Assembly: GCA_028534125.1 (NCBI GenBank)
Contig: CM052833.1
Location: 5,828,001-5,892,000 of the forward strand
Length of the DNA stretch: 64,000 nucleotides
Origin: Lama glama
Lineage: Eukaryota
Reading direction: 5' to 3'
Each line of letters opens with the position of its first letter. Positions within the stretch are counted from its first letter, which is position 1. Below are positions 12,647-26,070 of this stretch, piece by piece. Both the position numbers and the translations under genes were made by a program. The notes beneath the pieces were generated by a model, which was given only the letters and a program-made list of their open reading frames with translations, made no database searches and was not told the origin of the DNA.

Positions 12647-13133
12647 TGTAATAGGGAAGAACAAATCTGACTCCATATTAGGCCCGTTTCTTTTATTTTG
12701 ACCTTTGTATCTATTGCTTTTGCTACAAGTTCATCACTAAAGGGATGTTGCCTATAAGCTTAAATTATACATAATGGCCCATGTCTGAGAATCCTACTTC
12801 CCAGGTAATGAACATTAAGCTACAATACCTTTGTTTAGCTCACAGGAAACATCCAGACCAGGCCCACCTGGGAATGTCTGCAGGAAGGAAGAAATGAACA
12901 AATCCCCTCCAGAGGCTGACCAGAAACAGGAGATGTTTGGCTTTCCTCTCTCCTCTTTTAGGATAAAAGAAGCCTGAATTCTAACTCGGGCCAGATGGTT
13001 CTTCAGGACACTAGTCCATCATCTTCTCGGTCTGCTGGCTTTCTGAATAGTTACTATTCCTCGCCCCAACAACTCATCCCTTCATTCACTGGCCTGTCGT
13101 GCAGTGAACAGGACAAGCCTGGAGTCGGTAACA
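12647..13133 (+). mobile_element. Solo ERV1 LTR, MER41-like
   Basis: TG...CA termini (tgtaatagggaagaac ... gtcggtaaca) and a 4-bp flank gaac/gagc. The 3' part (ggacactagtccatcatcttctcggtctgctggctttctgaata) resembles MER41. Confidence 0.7.
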
Positions 13134-16100
13134 GAGCCAATGGCACAACTGGAGGGGTTAGCCTTGGATGAGGGGAGCACTCTGTCTTCCTCAGAGTCCA
13201 GTAGAAGGGAAGCGTCTCTGTGAAGTCCCTAATTTCCCTGTTTGAAGCCCTTCAAATCCAGGCGCCCACTGTCTTCCCTCCTCAAAACCCAAATGGACCC
13301 CAGTCCTGCTGAGGAAGACCTGAGGAAATCATCTCGTTTCCCTGAGTCACTGTTTGCCTGCTTATAAGACAGAGAGAGCAATGGCTGCTTCAGCAGGATT
13401 TGTGAAGCCCAAGTGAGACCAGAGAAGTCAGACTTCCAGACACGACATCGAATTTACAGCAGATGCCCACGAAGTAACTTCGTTCCTTTCACTCAAGCCT
13501 TTCTCCTCCACCCCATGCGAATTCTGTCTGTAGCTCCTTCTATCCCTTAACTGTGATTATATAATATTTTCTGAGTTTAAAAACCCCTCTAAGAAAGCTC
13601 TAGGTACTCTTCTCTCCAGAAAAATGCTTATCAGTTTTGCACATATGTCAGGGAGTTGAGTGACCATTTGAAGCCCACTCATGCATTTTCCCAGATTAAG
13701 ACCTTCAGTTTTAGAGCAGGAATTTGCAAAGTAGGACTTGCCGCCCAGTCCACTGGTGACTGGGGGGGAAATGTATAATTTACATACAATTATATTTTCA
13801 CTGTTATTTTTGCATTAGTATAATGTATGTAATGTTGGTACTATAGTAACTGTAAGTTTTAAGATAAAGATATACATATTTGGGGTCCTCCTCAAATTCA
13901 TTTAAAGGGTACTCTTCAATTACAACTCACTGAGAGGAAATTCATATTTCAAGTAACCAGGGTTTAAGTAATAAAAGAAAGTAATAAAATTGCAAGTACA
14001 TGGGAAACATTGGCAGACGGGAAGGTTATTAGGGCTGCCTGGAGGTCCCTGTGGTGTCCCTGAGATCACCCCCACTAAGCTGCTGCCTGCTTTTTTCTGC
14101 CTAGGCAGAGCCCTGAGAGGAAGGAAGGAAGGAAGAAAATGATTAGTGCTATCCTAGCCCACAAAGACAGAGGGAGAGGATTTATTGCTGCTCAGCACTT
14201 AAGACCTCCATCCCAGCCATCATCCATCCCCCCTTAAACAAATGCCGGTTGTCATCAAAGTGATTATTATTACTCTGCAAGCCAGATCCTTGGATGAATC
14301 GAAGCTGATGAAACACTCCTCTCAAGTAAAGAGAACTAAAGTATTCTCAGGTAGCCTGATTTATTCCCTGGAAGTTGTGGTTTTCCAAGTGGAACCCTGG
14401 TCGCTGAGAGGCATTCCCTGGTTGCATTGGGATGGAAAGTTAACCCTGCAGAGTACACGCGTGCAGGTAGGAACGCAAGGGTGGATCCAGGTGTACGTGC
14501 AGGTGTCCAAAGGAGAATGTGGCAGACGATACCCCCATGGTATTGTTTCTATCAGTGTCCTAAGAATCTGCTAAGGAGGGGCTGAAGACTTTCCTGGACC
14601 CCAGCCCCAGAGATTTGGATACACTAGTCAGGCAGGGTCTGTGGATTTGCACTTCCGACAAGCTCTCAGGTGATGTCTGTGCTGCGGTAGGGGGAAGGGG
14701 CATCACCCTTTAAGTAACAGCAGGCACCTGGACAGAGTCCCTAAGCAGTGTGACATCACCCCCGTCCCCACTGGTCTCTCTCCCTCTGCGCTCCCTGCTT
14801 CTCTTTGCTCTGCTGGCCACCAGAATGGTCTTTCTAAAACTTGAGTCTCTCATTCCTTTACTCAAAATAATATTGTGTGAACCCCAGGAAACCCTAAATA
14901 GAATCCAAATGGCATGTACAAGTACATAGTATAATAAGCCAAATAGGTTTGGTTTTTTCACCTCCAGTTGTGCCAGTGAGGGCGTATCCCTCTCCAGGCA
15001 TTCTTTTCGCCCCGTCAGAAGAAACCTGAAGTTGCTCGGAGCCACGCCAAGTCAGCGCAGACACCAAACACAGGCTGTCTCCTGGGCTTACCGTCATGAA
15101 GACACCTCCCCACGGCACACAGCACCATCTTACTCACCAAAACTAGCCCATCTCAGCTCCATGATTTTTTTTTTCTTCTCTTACTTGCTTTTGATAAAAT
15201 GAAAGTACTTCCTTTCCTAAGAGGGCGTTAAAGATAATGGATGGAGAAAGGAAGACATGCATTTTGTAATCACAGCCTTAACCTGGAGCATCCGAAGCAG
15301 AAGAGGCTGGTTTCTCAGTACTGCTGGTCGGCGTGCTGGGAGAACTGACAGGGCCTGAGGGCTTGGTCTTCCTATCAGAGCTACACTCGTAAGTTCTGCT
15401 GTGTATTTTGTTTGCAGTCAGTGGGCACCAGTTACCCTGCATTGATTTTCCTGTTAATGATCCTACTGTGCTGGGAATGGGAGAAACTGAAATACAATCT
15501 CAGATGTGAAGAACAAACACCATTCTGGGCTGTCCACCAACACGTCTAGAAGGAACTCTGGATCAAAACCTTCTATTTGGGTAATCACTAAACCAACGGA
15601 GAAGGGGGCAAAAGGCTGTAAAACCAGCAGGTAAGTAGCTCAGAAATTAGATTCTCTGACAAAAGCCTAAGAAATCTAGCGAGGACACCCTTCCCAAGTG
15701 TGGCTGAATCCAGCAATTCTCATATCTTATTGCTCTATCTATCTGTCTCAGAACTTGCCTCCACCATTCTGGCCCCTCTACTGATAATGCAAAAACCACG
15801 GTTTTCAGGAAAATTGTTTCTTAAGCTTTAGAATTTTTTTCCAAATAAAAATTGAGATTTTTTTTTCCTTAAGAATACATTGATTAAATATCTTGGAAAT
15901 CTAAGTCTATGACAGGATTTATTTAAGTGCTTATTAGAACAACCCCTAGATGAAAACTGACTCCCCCACAGACAGATAGATACGTGTATATAGATACAGA
16001 TACACACACAAAACTTAATTCACGAGCTACCTTAACAGCCTCATCGGTGCTCTTTCTAATCTTTCAGGAATGGTACGCTTGGCTGCCTTTATGGGCTCAT

Positions 16101-17350
16101 TTAGCATCTCAAAATGGGCACTTCTTTTTTAAGAAGGGTTACAGCATGACTCAGCTACTTAGTTAATCTGACTAATTAGCATTCTGTCTCCCATTAACAG
16201 CATTAAAAACAACAATGGGGCTCTGAATACTTCTCAGATTTCCAAACGGACCTTTTCAGTGTCAAGGACATTTGTTGCTCTCTGACCTTGGTGAACTTTT
16301 GGCCCAGTTCATCCCCCAGAAGAAGCCCTCCTACTACCCTTAATAGAGAAGGCATCCTCTGAAATGGCCTCCTAAATTGTCAGCCTCCTAAATTGTACCA
16401 CCTTTTCAGCAATACAATTCCAAATTAAAATTCTGTGTGAGGAGGAAAACATTAACCAAATTGCAAACGTTCTTCTGAGCCTCATTGAACTCAGGTGCAG
16501 AAGTCGAGAAGGCAAATTTATATAAAGCGTGTTTTGAGTTTTGATGTTTCTCTTTTTTGGGTTGGAGGGGAGCTATATATCCTTAACTGTGGAAAGGCTA
16601 TAGCTAAAATTTTAGATGAAAAATTATAAAATTAAAATTCAGCATTTGCTCCAGGGCAGTGGGGAGAAAGAAAGAGAAAGCTAGCTAAATATTAAGAAAG
16701 CAAAATTGTGCGTGGATTGCGTGCCATGCAAATGTATCAGGTTCTCCTTTACTCAAAGGGGGAATCTTATACCGCAACTTCATTGAATAAAAGCAGACTC
16801 AAATTACCTGTGAATCAAAGCGATACTTTAAGTTTTCTTAAATCCTTACTTATTTTACGTACACCTCTGCTGTAAAAATGTGGGGAAAGAAATGTTACTG
16901 CATTATCTCAGAAAAATGTTGAGAGTCACTCATTTATTCAATAAATATGTGTAGTTTGTCCTGCTCCTCCCCTGATGATACAGACAAGACAGACATGATC
17001 TCTGACTTTGAAGGTTTCATGGTCAAGGGGGAAAACCATCATGAAAGGAGTAACATGATGGAAGTAGACAGAACCAGAGCTCAGAGGAGACCCACCGTAG
17101 GCAAGGGGGTTGGTCAGGTACTGTGTTCTAGGAGAAATGACTCAGAAAGTGAACTTTGGGTTTTCCTCTTTACTTCCTTTTAGAACAAAGGCATACACAT
17201 CCTTTACAATCCTGTGGGCTTTCTTCTCATCTAGGCTATTTATTTAGGAGTTACTAAGTCCCAGGTACTGTACTAAATGTGTTCCATAGGTTTTTCTCAA
17301 TTCTTCTTCCAAAAATTATATGCAATATTGTTTCAATATTGTATACTTTT

Positions 17351-17478
17351 TGTTATAAGCTGAATTGTGTCCCCCCAAAACTCACATATTGAAATCATAA
17401 GCCTCCACCCCAGTACCTCAGAATATGACTATATTTAGAAGTAGGGCCTTTCGAGAGGTAATTAAGTTAAAATGGGGT
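17351..17478 (+). mobile_element. MLT1 (MaLR) LTR 5' fragment
   Basis: tgttataagctgaattgtgtccccccaaaa ... cccagtacctcagaatatgactatattt ... gaggtaattaagttaaaatg. Confidence 0.75.
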
Positions 17479-18607
17479 ACAAATACTTCATAAATCACAT
17501 GCTAGCAGAGACTATCTGGCCCAGGGTCTCTCAATAAACAAAGATACTCTTAACAGCCCCAGAAGCTGTCAAGGGCCAAATCTTTTACTGCATGAGGATG
17601 AATGAGTTCACATCTATAATGGCTTAGCCCAGTGCTCAACACAAGCTACCTACTCAGGAAATATTCATTGTTGATAATAGTTTCATCTTTTATTCTTCTT
17701 TCTTCTTTACTTCCTAGGATTAGTCAGTTACCAAGTCCTGCCAATACTACTTTCTTTCTTTTCTTAAATATCTTCCCTTTTTCATACCACTGCCTTTACA
17801 TGGAGTGGAGGAAATAGCATAATGATTGGATAGGAAAATACATAAAGTAAAGAAAGGAGAATTTGAAAAAAGAGCCAAATAAAACTTCTCAAAAAAAAGT
17901 AGTTTTGGACCTAAAAAGTCAATGACTGTCATAAACATCATATTAGACACAGATAAAAGAGAGAGATTCCATTCTTAATTATATCCTAAAATTTTATACA
18001 TTTTTGTAAGGAAACATGCAAAAGGATCCATTTTGCACTATTTGAAATAGTGAAAAATTAGAACCAATAAGGAAAAGTATGAAAAATAATGGTGCATTTT
18101 TACAATGAAATGCTATTCAGAAGTTAAAATAAATGAACTATATTTGCATGTAGAAATTTGTATGAATGTCATTAGACATTATAGTAGTGAAAAAGGAAAG
18201 TTATGAAAAGATAAAATATTAATGGAATTTATGTAAATTTCTAAAACTCAAAATATAATACTCAGCAGTTTCCGTTCATTTACACATATTGAGAATGTAT
18301 GAACATGGATCAGAAGGGTGCCCTCCAGCTGCAGAATGTTCTTTACTCTAGGAGAGGAGGGGTGGGAGTTGGGGGAGGGAAGAATGGGATTGCAAGAGCT
18401 TTAACTGTATCCATTATATCTAAAAACATATATGTCAACTGGAGCAAATATAGCAAATATGCCCATAGTTCTGCAAATATGTCATGTTCTCCTTTCTCTC
18501 TTTTCCCCCCAGCACATGCCTTTGTATCAGCCAAGGTTCAACCAGAGAAGGAGAACTAGTAGAAGAGATAGATGATAGATAGACAGATAAATAGATAGTT
18601 AGATTGC

Positions 18608-19270
18608 ATAGAATTGCCATATGACCCTCAGTATACACCCAAAGGAATTGAAAGTAGGGACTTTAACAGNNNNNNNNNNNNNNNNNNNNNNNNNNNNNNN
18701 NNNNNNNNNNNNNNNNNNNNNNNNNNNNNNNNNNNNNNNNNNNNNNNNNNNNNNNNNNNNNNNNNNNNNNNNNNNNNNNNNNNNNNNNNNNNNNNNNNNN
18801 NNNNNNNNNNNNNNNNNNNNNNNNNNNNNNNNNNNNNNNNNNNNNNNNNNNNNNNNNNNNNNNNNNNNNNNNNNNNNNNNNNNNNNNNNNNNNNNNNNNN
18901 NNNNNNNNNNNNNNNNNNNNNNNNNNNNNNNNNNNNNNNNNNNNNNNNNNNNNNNNNNNNNNNNNNNNNNNTGGGAAGGAGGAGGTAACAAGGAGTTATC
19001 GATTCAGGTTTAGCGTTTCTGTTTGGTATGATGAAAAAATTTTGGAAATAGTGATGTTGGTTGCTCAACACTGTGAATGTAATTAATGCCACTAAATTAC
19101 TAAATTATTCACTTAAAATGGTTAAAACAGCAAATTTCATGTTATTTATATATTTTACCACAATTTTTTAAAAGTAATAATGCAATCATCACAAACCATT
19201 GAACTGTATAGTTTGAATGGGTTAATTTTGTGGTATGTTAATTATATCTCAATAAAGCTCTTTTTTTTTT
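18608..19270 (+). mobile_element. L1MB-type 3' end spanning the 302-N gap (18670-18971)
   Basis: atagaattgccatatgacc ... tatacacccaaaggaattgaaa before the gap. After it: gatgaaaaaattttggaaatag ... cactgtgaatgtaattaatgccact ... aattatatctcaataaagct. Confidence 0.75.
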
Positions 19271-19879
19271 GTAGTTTCTGAAGAAATGAATTTCAGCTTT
19301 ATTTGTTATTTGATGGACCCTAGACATTTGCTTTAATATTTTGCTGGAATGTACAGAAATACAATTAATTAAATATTAAGCAAGCAATATTTTTCTAACA
19401 AGGTGTAGTTAACAATTCTAAAATATAATTAAATTAGACATTAAAAATGGACATGATAGCTCTTTGGCCTTTGCAGATATACTCTTCAGCCTTCTCCTCC
19501 CATTCTCCATATTGGAAGGTTGATCTTTGTGGAGTCCATCCAAAGATTCTTGACCACTGGTTTCCATTTGGGTCAGTCAATGAGAAACCCCAGTTGATCA
19601 TAGGGTGATGAGAGTGAAGGCAAGATGTTTACTCCCTTGGCTACATCCTTGAAAGATTACCCTGAAGAACACTCAAGGAGGCCTTTTCAACAGAAATCTT
19701 TCCTCGCACTAATTTTTCCCACACCTAGACCATTGAATCTAGAGGTAATGTGTCTCAAAGATACTGATTTCTAGTAACTGCACTATTCCTTGAGCTCCTT
19801 TACCCTCATACACTATTTTGTAAATTCTTCAATTATAAATAAACCCTCCTCAAATTCTCATAAGTTGAGAAACATCTGT

Positions 19880-20236
19880 GTAAGCTCTTATTTTTAAGAA
19901 AGACATTTATTGAAAGCAATTGGCTTAAGAATGTGAAGGCTGATGATGCAAGTCGGAAATCTGTGGGGCCATCAGGAAGGGAGGCTGGAGCGCTCAGGCA
20001 AAAGCTGAAGCTACTATCCATGAAGAGAGATCTTCCTTGGGGAAGCCTGTTTTTCATTTAAAGCCTGATTGGCTCATGCCCACCCAGATTATACAAAATA
20101 CTCTTTCATACTTGAAGTAACCGATGATGTATTTTAGTCACAGCTACAAAATACCTTCACAGCAACACCAGATTCATGTTTGGTTGAATAACTGACTGTA
20201 CCCTAGCCAAGCTGATACATAAAATTGACCTTCACA
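19880..20236 (-). mobile_element. MLT2 (ERVL) LTR fragment
   Basis: gcccacccagattat ... aaaataccttcacagcaacaccaga ... ctagccaagctgatacataaaattgaccttcaca. Confidence 0.7.
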
Positions 20237-22044
20237 TCATGGTTTATGTTACGGGTGCATCCTCTTTCCCGCCCTTGACCCTGACAAGCATTCAGATTAT
20301 AAGAAGTTCAGCAGGGTCCAAAAGAACTGTGGAAGCATTTTGAAAAATGTAAATTATTTTTTAATGTGTGATGTGAAAATTATGAGTATACTAATGACCC
20401 AGTGGCTTTTCATCTGTCCTAACAAAGGATGAGGATTCATGTATTTTTAAGCATCGGTCATAAATTCTGCATTTACCCTTTAAAAAAAGTCTGTGTACCA
20501 GGCATTGAGCTTAGACTGAGGATATTAAAATTAATAAGGCACAGCACCTGGCCTCAGGGAATTCATCGTCTACTCCTATTTACCCCTCAATAAAGCATGA
20601 TTCTTCCCCAGTCACTAGATGACGGATTCCCTTGACTGTCTGGGTCCCTGGTACCATCCGCCCTGAGTCAGCTGTCTGTGTCAACAGCCTCTACTGAGTA
20701 GCCTGAGAACCTCAGAGTTTACCAGTAGGAAAATAGTAATAAATAAAAACACCTCCTGTTCGTTCAGAAAGATTAGAGCCATTTCTTCCTGGTGTAATTC
20801 TTTCCATGAAAAGCTTCCCAAGGCAGAGCTCCTTCAAAGCAGCAGAAGCTAGACATCTGTTTCTAACGAGATGTAAGAAAATACTGGTCCCAGCACCTGA
20901 GGTAGCTGACGACCCCTCCCCACCCCCCAGTGTATCTCCTTTTAATCCCTTCCCCTACATGCTAGGTCCTGGGCGTCTGTTCCACTCTGCTTTTCTACCT
21001 CTCTTTTCTCTTCTTCTGCCTTTTCACGCCTCGGGCCCCCTCATTGTCTCTTTGGTCATTGCCAAGTCCCCTGGTAGCGCTCAGAGTTAAAGGGAATGCC
21101 GTGATCCATTTTCTAAACTCAGGAGAGGGATGGGAAAAAAAAAAGAAAGAAACAAAGCAAAAGAAAAACTCTGCTCACGGTGAAATGATAAGAAGTTGGA
21201 AGTCCTAAACTTCAGTTTTCCTTAACTTTATTGGATGGTGTAAATTTTTTTAAACCACTTCAATAATTGTTTCATGTGGATGATGACAATGAGCTACCAA
21301 TGACTTTGTTCTTTTTAAGGAACTTTATTTCATGAAAAGACGACCACTGCTATTCTTCTGTAAGGCTTAAGGGTTCTTTTCCCCTACTTTCCCCGCCTTT
21401 AATTATTGAATGTCTTTTGAAAAAGAAAATCCATACTTTGCAAACTGAAACCATACGATCTCCACCCTCACTGAGACCTAGGCAGCATACAACCATGCGT
21501 GAAGGCTTAATTGTGAACAAATAGTTCAGAATTCTATGAAAATTAATTTAATTACGCTCACCGTGCTCTTCTATTGATGGAATGTGCCTGTAACTCCTTT
21601 AGGACAGTCATGTGGGTTATGAAATCTAATTCATGTGAGCAAAGGGTTTTGCTGTTGTTATTGTTTAAACCGTTAAATTTCTCTCAGAAATCATTTTGTC
21701 CAAGTGAGCAGTTTCATGGCCACTGGAGAGGAGAAACTGAGGCAAATATGCCACTGAATCAGGAGATTCCTCCCAAACACTACAACAGATTCTCGTATCA
21801 TCTGCCTTCTTTGCATCGACAAATCCGTGCGATGTTGTATGCGGCGACGCAAGGCAGAACCCCAGCACTACATATCCCCTGACATTTTAGTTGAACCAAT
21901 ACCCAAAGGACCCTTCCAGGTGGATGTAACTTGGCTTTGGGCAATTAGTGTCCAAAGCCACATTAATGTTGTCTTCCTGAATCTGCCAGTTGACAGTCTG
22001 ATAAACAATAGCACTGAGAGAGGTGTGAACTTCCGCTATTTATC

Positions 22045-22176
22045 NNNNNNNNNNNNNNNNNNNNNNNNNNNNNNNNNNNNNNNNNNNNNNNNNNNNNNNN
22101 NNNNNNNNNNNNNNNNNNNNNNNNNNNNNNNNNNNNNNNNNNNNNNNNNNNNNNNNNNNNNNNNNNNNNNNNNNNN
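22045..22176. other. Assembly gap (132 N)
   Basis: Run of N. Confidence 1.
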
Positions 22177-24141
22177 AATTGCCATGTCCTGATGTGCTTT
22201 TTCAGAATGTCCTCTTGTTAGCAGTGTCAACCTTAGACTGCTTAAATGGGTGTATTCAACATTTGAACCCTTGGATAAGCAAAGTACCTATTACTCTTTT
22301 CAAAACAAAGAAAAGAAATGGGTATCTGTTGTCTCATTTTGTTCGCTGGTTTTTAAACACTGAGACGGATGAGTTCTTCCTTATGGAAATCTCTTAAATC
22401 CCATGGGTCCTTATGGGAATCTAAATCCTTTGGAATACCAGAGTGAACATGAGGGATAATGCAAAATTTGAGCAGAGAGGGTGATTTTCCAAAAGGTACA
22501 GGGATGAATTCACAGTATAACTGGTATCATAGACACCAACCTCCCATCTAAAGTGGGAGTCATTTTACACAAACTGACCAAAGCTATGCAGCTTCTCTCT
22601 GAATATTTTCCAGGTTAGGTAACTCACTGCCTCACCCAGAAACCCATTCCACTGTCTACCTAGGTTTCCTCCTTGGAAGGTTCACCCTTGTATTCAGTAT
22701 AATTCTTTCTCCCTTGCACAATTGTTACCCTTTGGCCCTAGCCCACTTATCGCACAGAAAATATGTATCCTCTTGTCCATCTTCTAATATTTTTAACAAT
22801 GGTTCTTCCAGATCTTCCATCCTAAATACCAACAGTTCATTTATAATGGCCTCCTTCATTGAATGCCTATTATGAGCCATGCTCTTAACATGTATTAACT
22901 CATCTAATTATCAAAACCCTGCAAAGTAGGCATTTTACAACTATTTCACAGATTAGGAAATTAAAACTCAGCAAGACTAAGCAAACGGACAGGTAAGTGA
23001 AAAGGTAGGGTTTGACCTACGCTGGCTCTCTCGTTCCCTCACTACACTGCCTTCCAGCCAGTTTCTCCAATATCCCTCTTTTCCATTGCAATACTTTTCT
23101 TTTGTGAAGCTCTCTTCTAGATGAACAATGTCATCTACCAAATAGATATTACTATCCCTACTTTGCACCTTAAGGAAACAAGGCTTAGAAAAACAGAAGT
23201 TCCTCTAATTCCTATATTGGTTTTAAGACATTTTGACATTTCCATATCCAATGGCTTGATCTATCCTATTTGCATATGACATTGAAGCAACAGGCCAGAG
23301 CCCACCGCTGCGGGACTCACATGCACACACGTGCCACTATGAGCCCCAACATGGACATACCCCATGATAGTGGTCTTCCCCACCAAGCTCAAGCACCATC
23401 AGTTCATCTCAATCTAGGGCTCTGAGCAGCCACTATATAACCATTAATTGACCAAAAGCATAAACCCTGTTTGTCACGCCAGGCTATCCAACAAAGGCCA
23501 CTCATCTGTTTATATTAATAATATATATACTAAACCGCATATGACAAATTTCAAATGCAACAGATCTGGCTACATTGGGATGAATAAACTGACAAAAGGA
23601 CATATGATGAGGAAAACGTACAACAACCCAGGAAAAGACTGTTATTATATAAAAAGCAAGCATTTCTTAAAAGTACAAATCCAGATGGAGTCTTGGCCTT
23701 AATGGGTATGTAATTCGTCAATGGTCAACCCTCAGAAACCCAACTGTTTCCTTCTCACTCCAGAAGGAATTTAAGTGGTCACCTTTTTGCAGTTTAGAAG
23801 AGGTCTGCACAGCACACATTTATTTTGTCCAGAAAAATAGGCTAATGATGAGTGGGCGTGGCCTCACACGTGAAGGAAGAAGGTGATGGAAGGAAAACAG
23901 ACAAAACGAATGAAAGACTGCCGCCGAGTTCAGTATATGTTATGGCCGGATTTCACTTTGACTTACGTAAAAGAGAAACATAATAGAAAACAAAAATCAG
24001 CAGAAGTGGCAGGAGGGTGGCCTGGGAAACCTAAGTTTATATCTTTTCTAAGGCAAATATGAAAAAAGAGCCTAAATACTGGCGTGTCCCACGAGCTCCC
24101 CATCTTAGGCCACAGGTACCGCGTGTCCCTTAGGTCTAGGG

Positions 24142-24311
24142 CAGCTGTTCTCAAAGCGTGTTCCTCAAACCAGCAGCAGGATCAGCATTGCTCAGGAATA
24201 ATCAGAAGCGCGAGTTCTCAGGCCCGCTCCAGACACTCTAGGGGTGCGTTGTGAGGCCAGAACAGCAAGCCGTCCAGGAGATCCCGACGCTCGCTAGCTC
24301 GAGAAGCACGG
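24142..24311 (+). mobile_element. MER5A with 8-bp hAT TSD; unusually CpG-rich copy
   Basis: cagctgttctcaaagcgtg ... accagcagcag ... gagaagcacgg. Flanks gtctaggg (24134-24141) and gtctacgg (24312-24319). Confidence 0.7.
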
Positions 24312-25366
24312 GTCTACGGGGAGCCTACCCCGTATCAGCCAGGGCTGGCCCAGCTGCGGCCACTGCTGTCGTTACTCCAAGCCATCTACCAGCTTGCTCT
24401 CTGCGTCCGTCACCATTAATTCAATTGCAAAATTAAAAAGAAGGAAATTCATGTACCCGTATTTGAAATCTGCGCTCCAGTGGGCCACTGACCAGACCCT
24501 GCCCGGGAGCCCGCATATTTTGGCTCTTTTTCACACAGTGTCCTGAGTAAGCCCTGTGCCTGAGCTGCTAAGCAGAAAATTTAGGGAGAGATGAGATACG
24601 TGCATGAAATTTTAAACAGTTTGAATAAAACCTTTGGATTTCAACCTTTCAAGTGCATGTCTCTTGCATACAACTTAGGTTGCATGCAACCTTCTTAAAA
24701 TCTGCTGAAAACGATTGAAAACTCACATTCTTCCACCCCAAATTCTGAAAATGCACAGCATTCAGAATTGTTGTATATAAAATAAAATAATCATCCTTTG
24801 TGATCATGCTAAGGATCGCTTTTCTGAACAAACTAAAAGCATAGCTTCTCTGATAAATTTCTAAGTCGTCTCAAACAGGGGTTATTTATTCCAGAATGGC
24901 TCTTTTCCTGAAATCCTGAACCTCTTGACACGAGGTTGTTCTGCCGTTGATGTATACAGAGCCAAGTGCTACAATCACAGCAAACCCAGACTGATTTCTC
25001 TGTTTATTTTTTCCATCAAAGATGAGCCCGCATCCCTTAAGGGCACCAACCAAGGCAACCCAGGAAAGTGCCCTTCTATTTTACAATCTAAAATTGGAAG
25101 CTCTGCTTCAAGATATTCTTAATCAGAACTACATTTTTCGGCTACCTAAGGAGAGTCAGATTCTCATACATTTTATTTGTTATCTAAGAGAGGGAGAACA
25201 CAAGCCACCACCATGGGTATACGCCCTGGAAGTGCATCACCAAAGATGTTTGGCTCATCAGAAGGCAACTAGCTCTCTCTTAGCACGTCACATATTTTTG
25301 TATAGTGTTGCTGGACTAGGAGATGAGATAATCATACACTCTTGAGATAGAGGGAGTCAAAAACTA

Positions 25367-25836
25367 TGAAGGAGCTGAGATTTATATCCTACTTGCAAGC
25401 TAACAAGTGAGCCTGCCACAGTTTCGTAGAAAAAGACATGAGAATCTGGGGTTAGAGACAAAGGATTTCATTACACACAGCAATAGCAACAGCATTTGTA
25501 CCAGTTACCCTACCCTCATTGCCACAGGGTGATGCCACGAGGGCCAGGTAATGTCTGCACACACCGTGCGCTGCAGTACAGGAGAGGAATCCTGAGCTTA
25601 GGGAATCTCAATCTTTTATAACGGGCAGTAAGCCTACTTAGGGCCCCGAGAGAGACATGATCTTACATACTGGACAGTAAACAAAGCAGCCTTTATTTTG
25701 TACTGGGACACTGTATCTCCTAAGGCTGTTTATTATTTATACTCCTTGAAAAGATAATTCAGAACAAGGCAGCCAGGCCCTCTGCTCACAAGACAAAGAG
25801 AAATGCAAGCAATCCTTAGAGAATTCTCTCCCTACA
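25367..25836. mobile_element. ERVL-class solo LTR (MER54/73/74-like)
   Basis: tgaaggagctgagattt ... ctacttgcaagctaacaagtgagcctgccacagtttc ... agagacaaagga ... ctccctaca, with TG/CA termini. Confidence 0.6.
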
Positions 25837-25839
25837 GTG

Positions 25840-26070
25840 ACTGGAGTTAACAGGCGCTGGAGGAGCCCAGCTTCCTGGGTTCAGACCACAGCTCTTGGGC
25901 ACACGACTTAACCTCTCAGTCTGCTTCCTAACCTATAAAGTGGAGGTAATAACAGGAAGCATTTCAAAGGGTTATTGTGCAAAATAAATGAGATGATACC
26001 TAAAACACGTAAAGCATTCTACACAATGTCCAACACAGAATAAGCATTTAAATATTATTATTATTATTCC
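25840..26070 (+). mobile_element. MIR SINE
   Basis: cctgggttcaga ... acttaacctctcagtctgcttcctaacctataaagtggaggtaataa ... aaatgagatgat ... tattattattatt tail. Confidence 0.7.
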
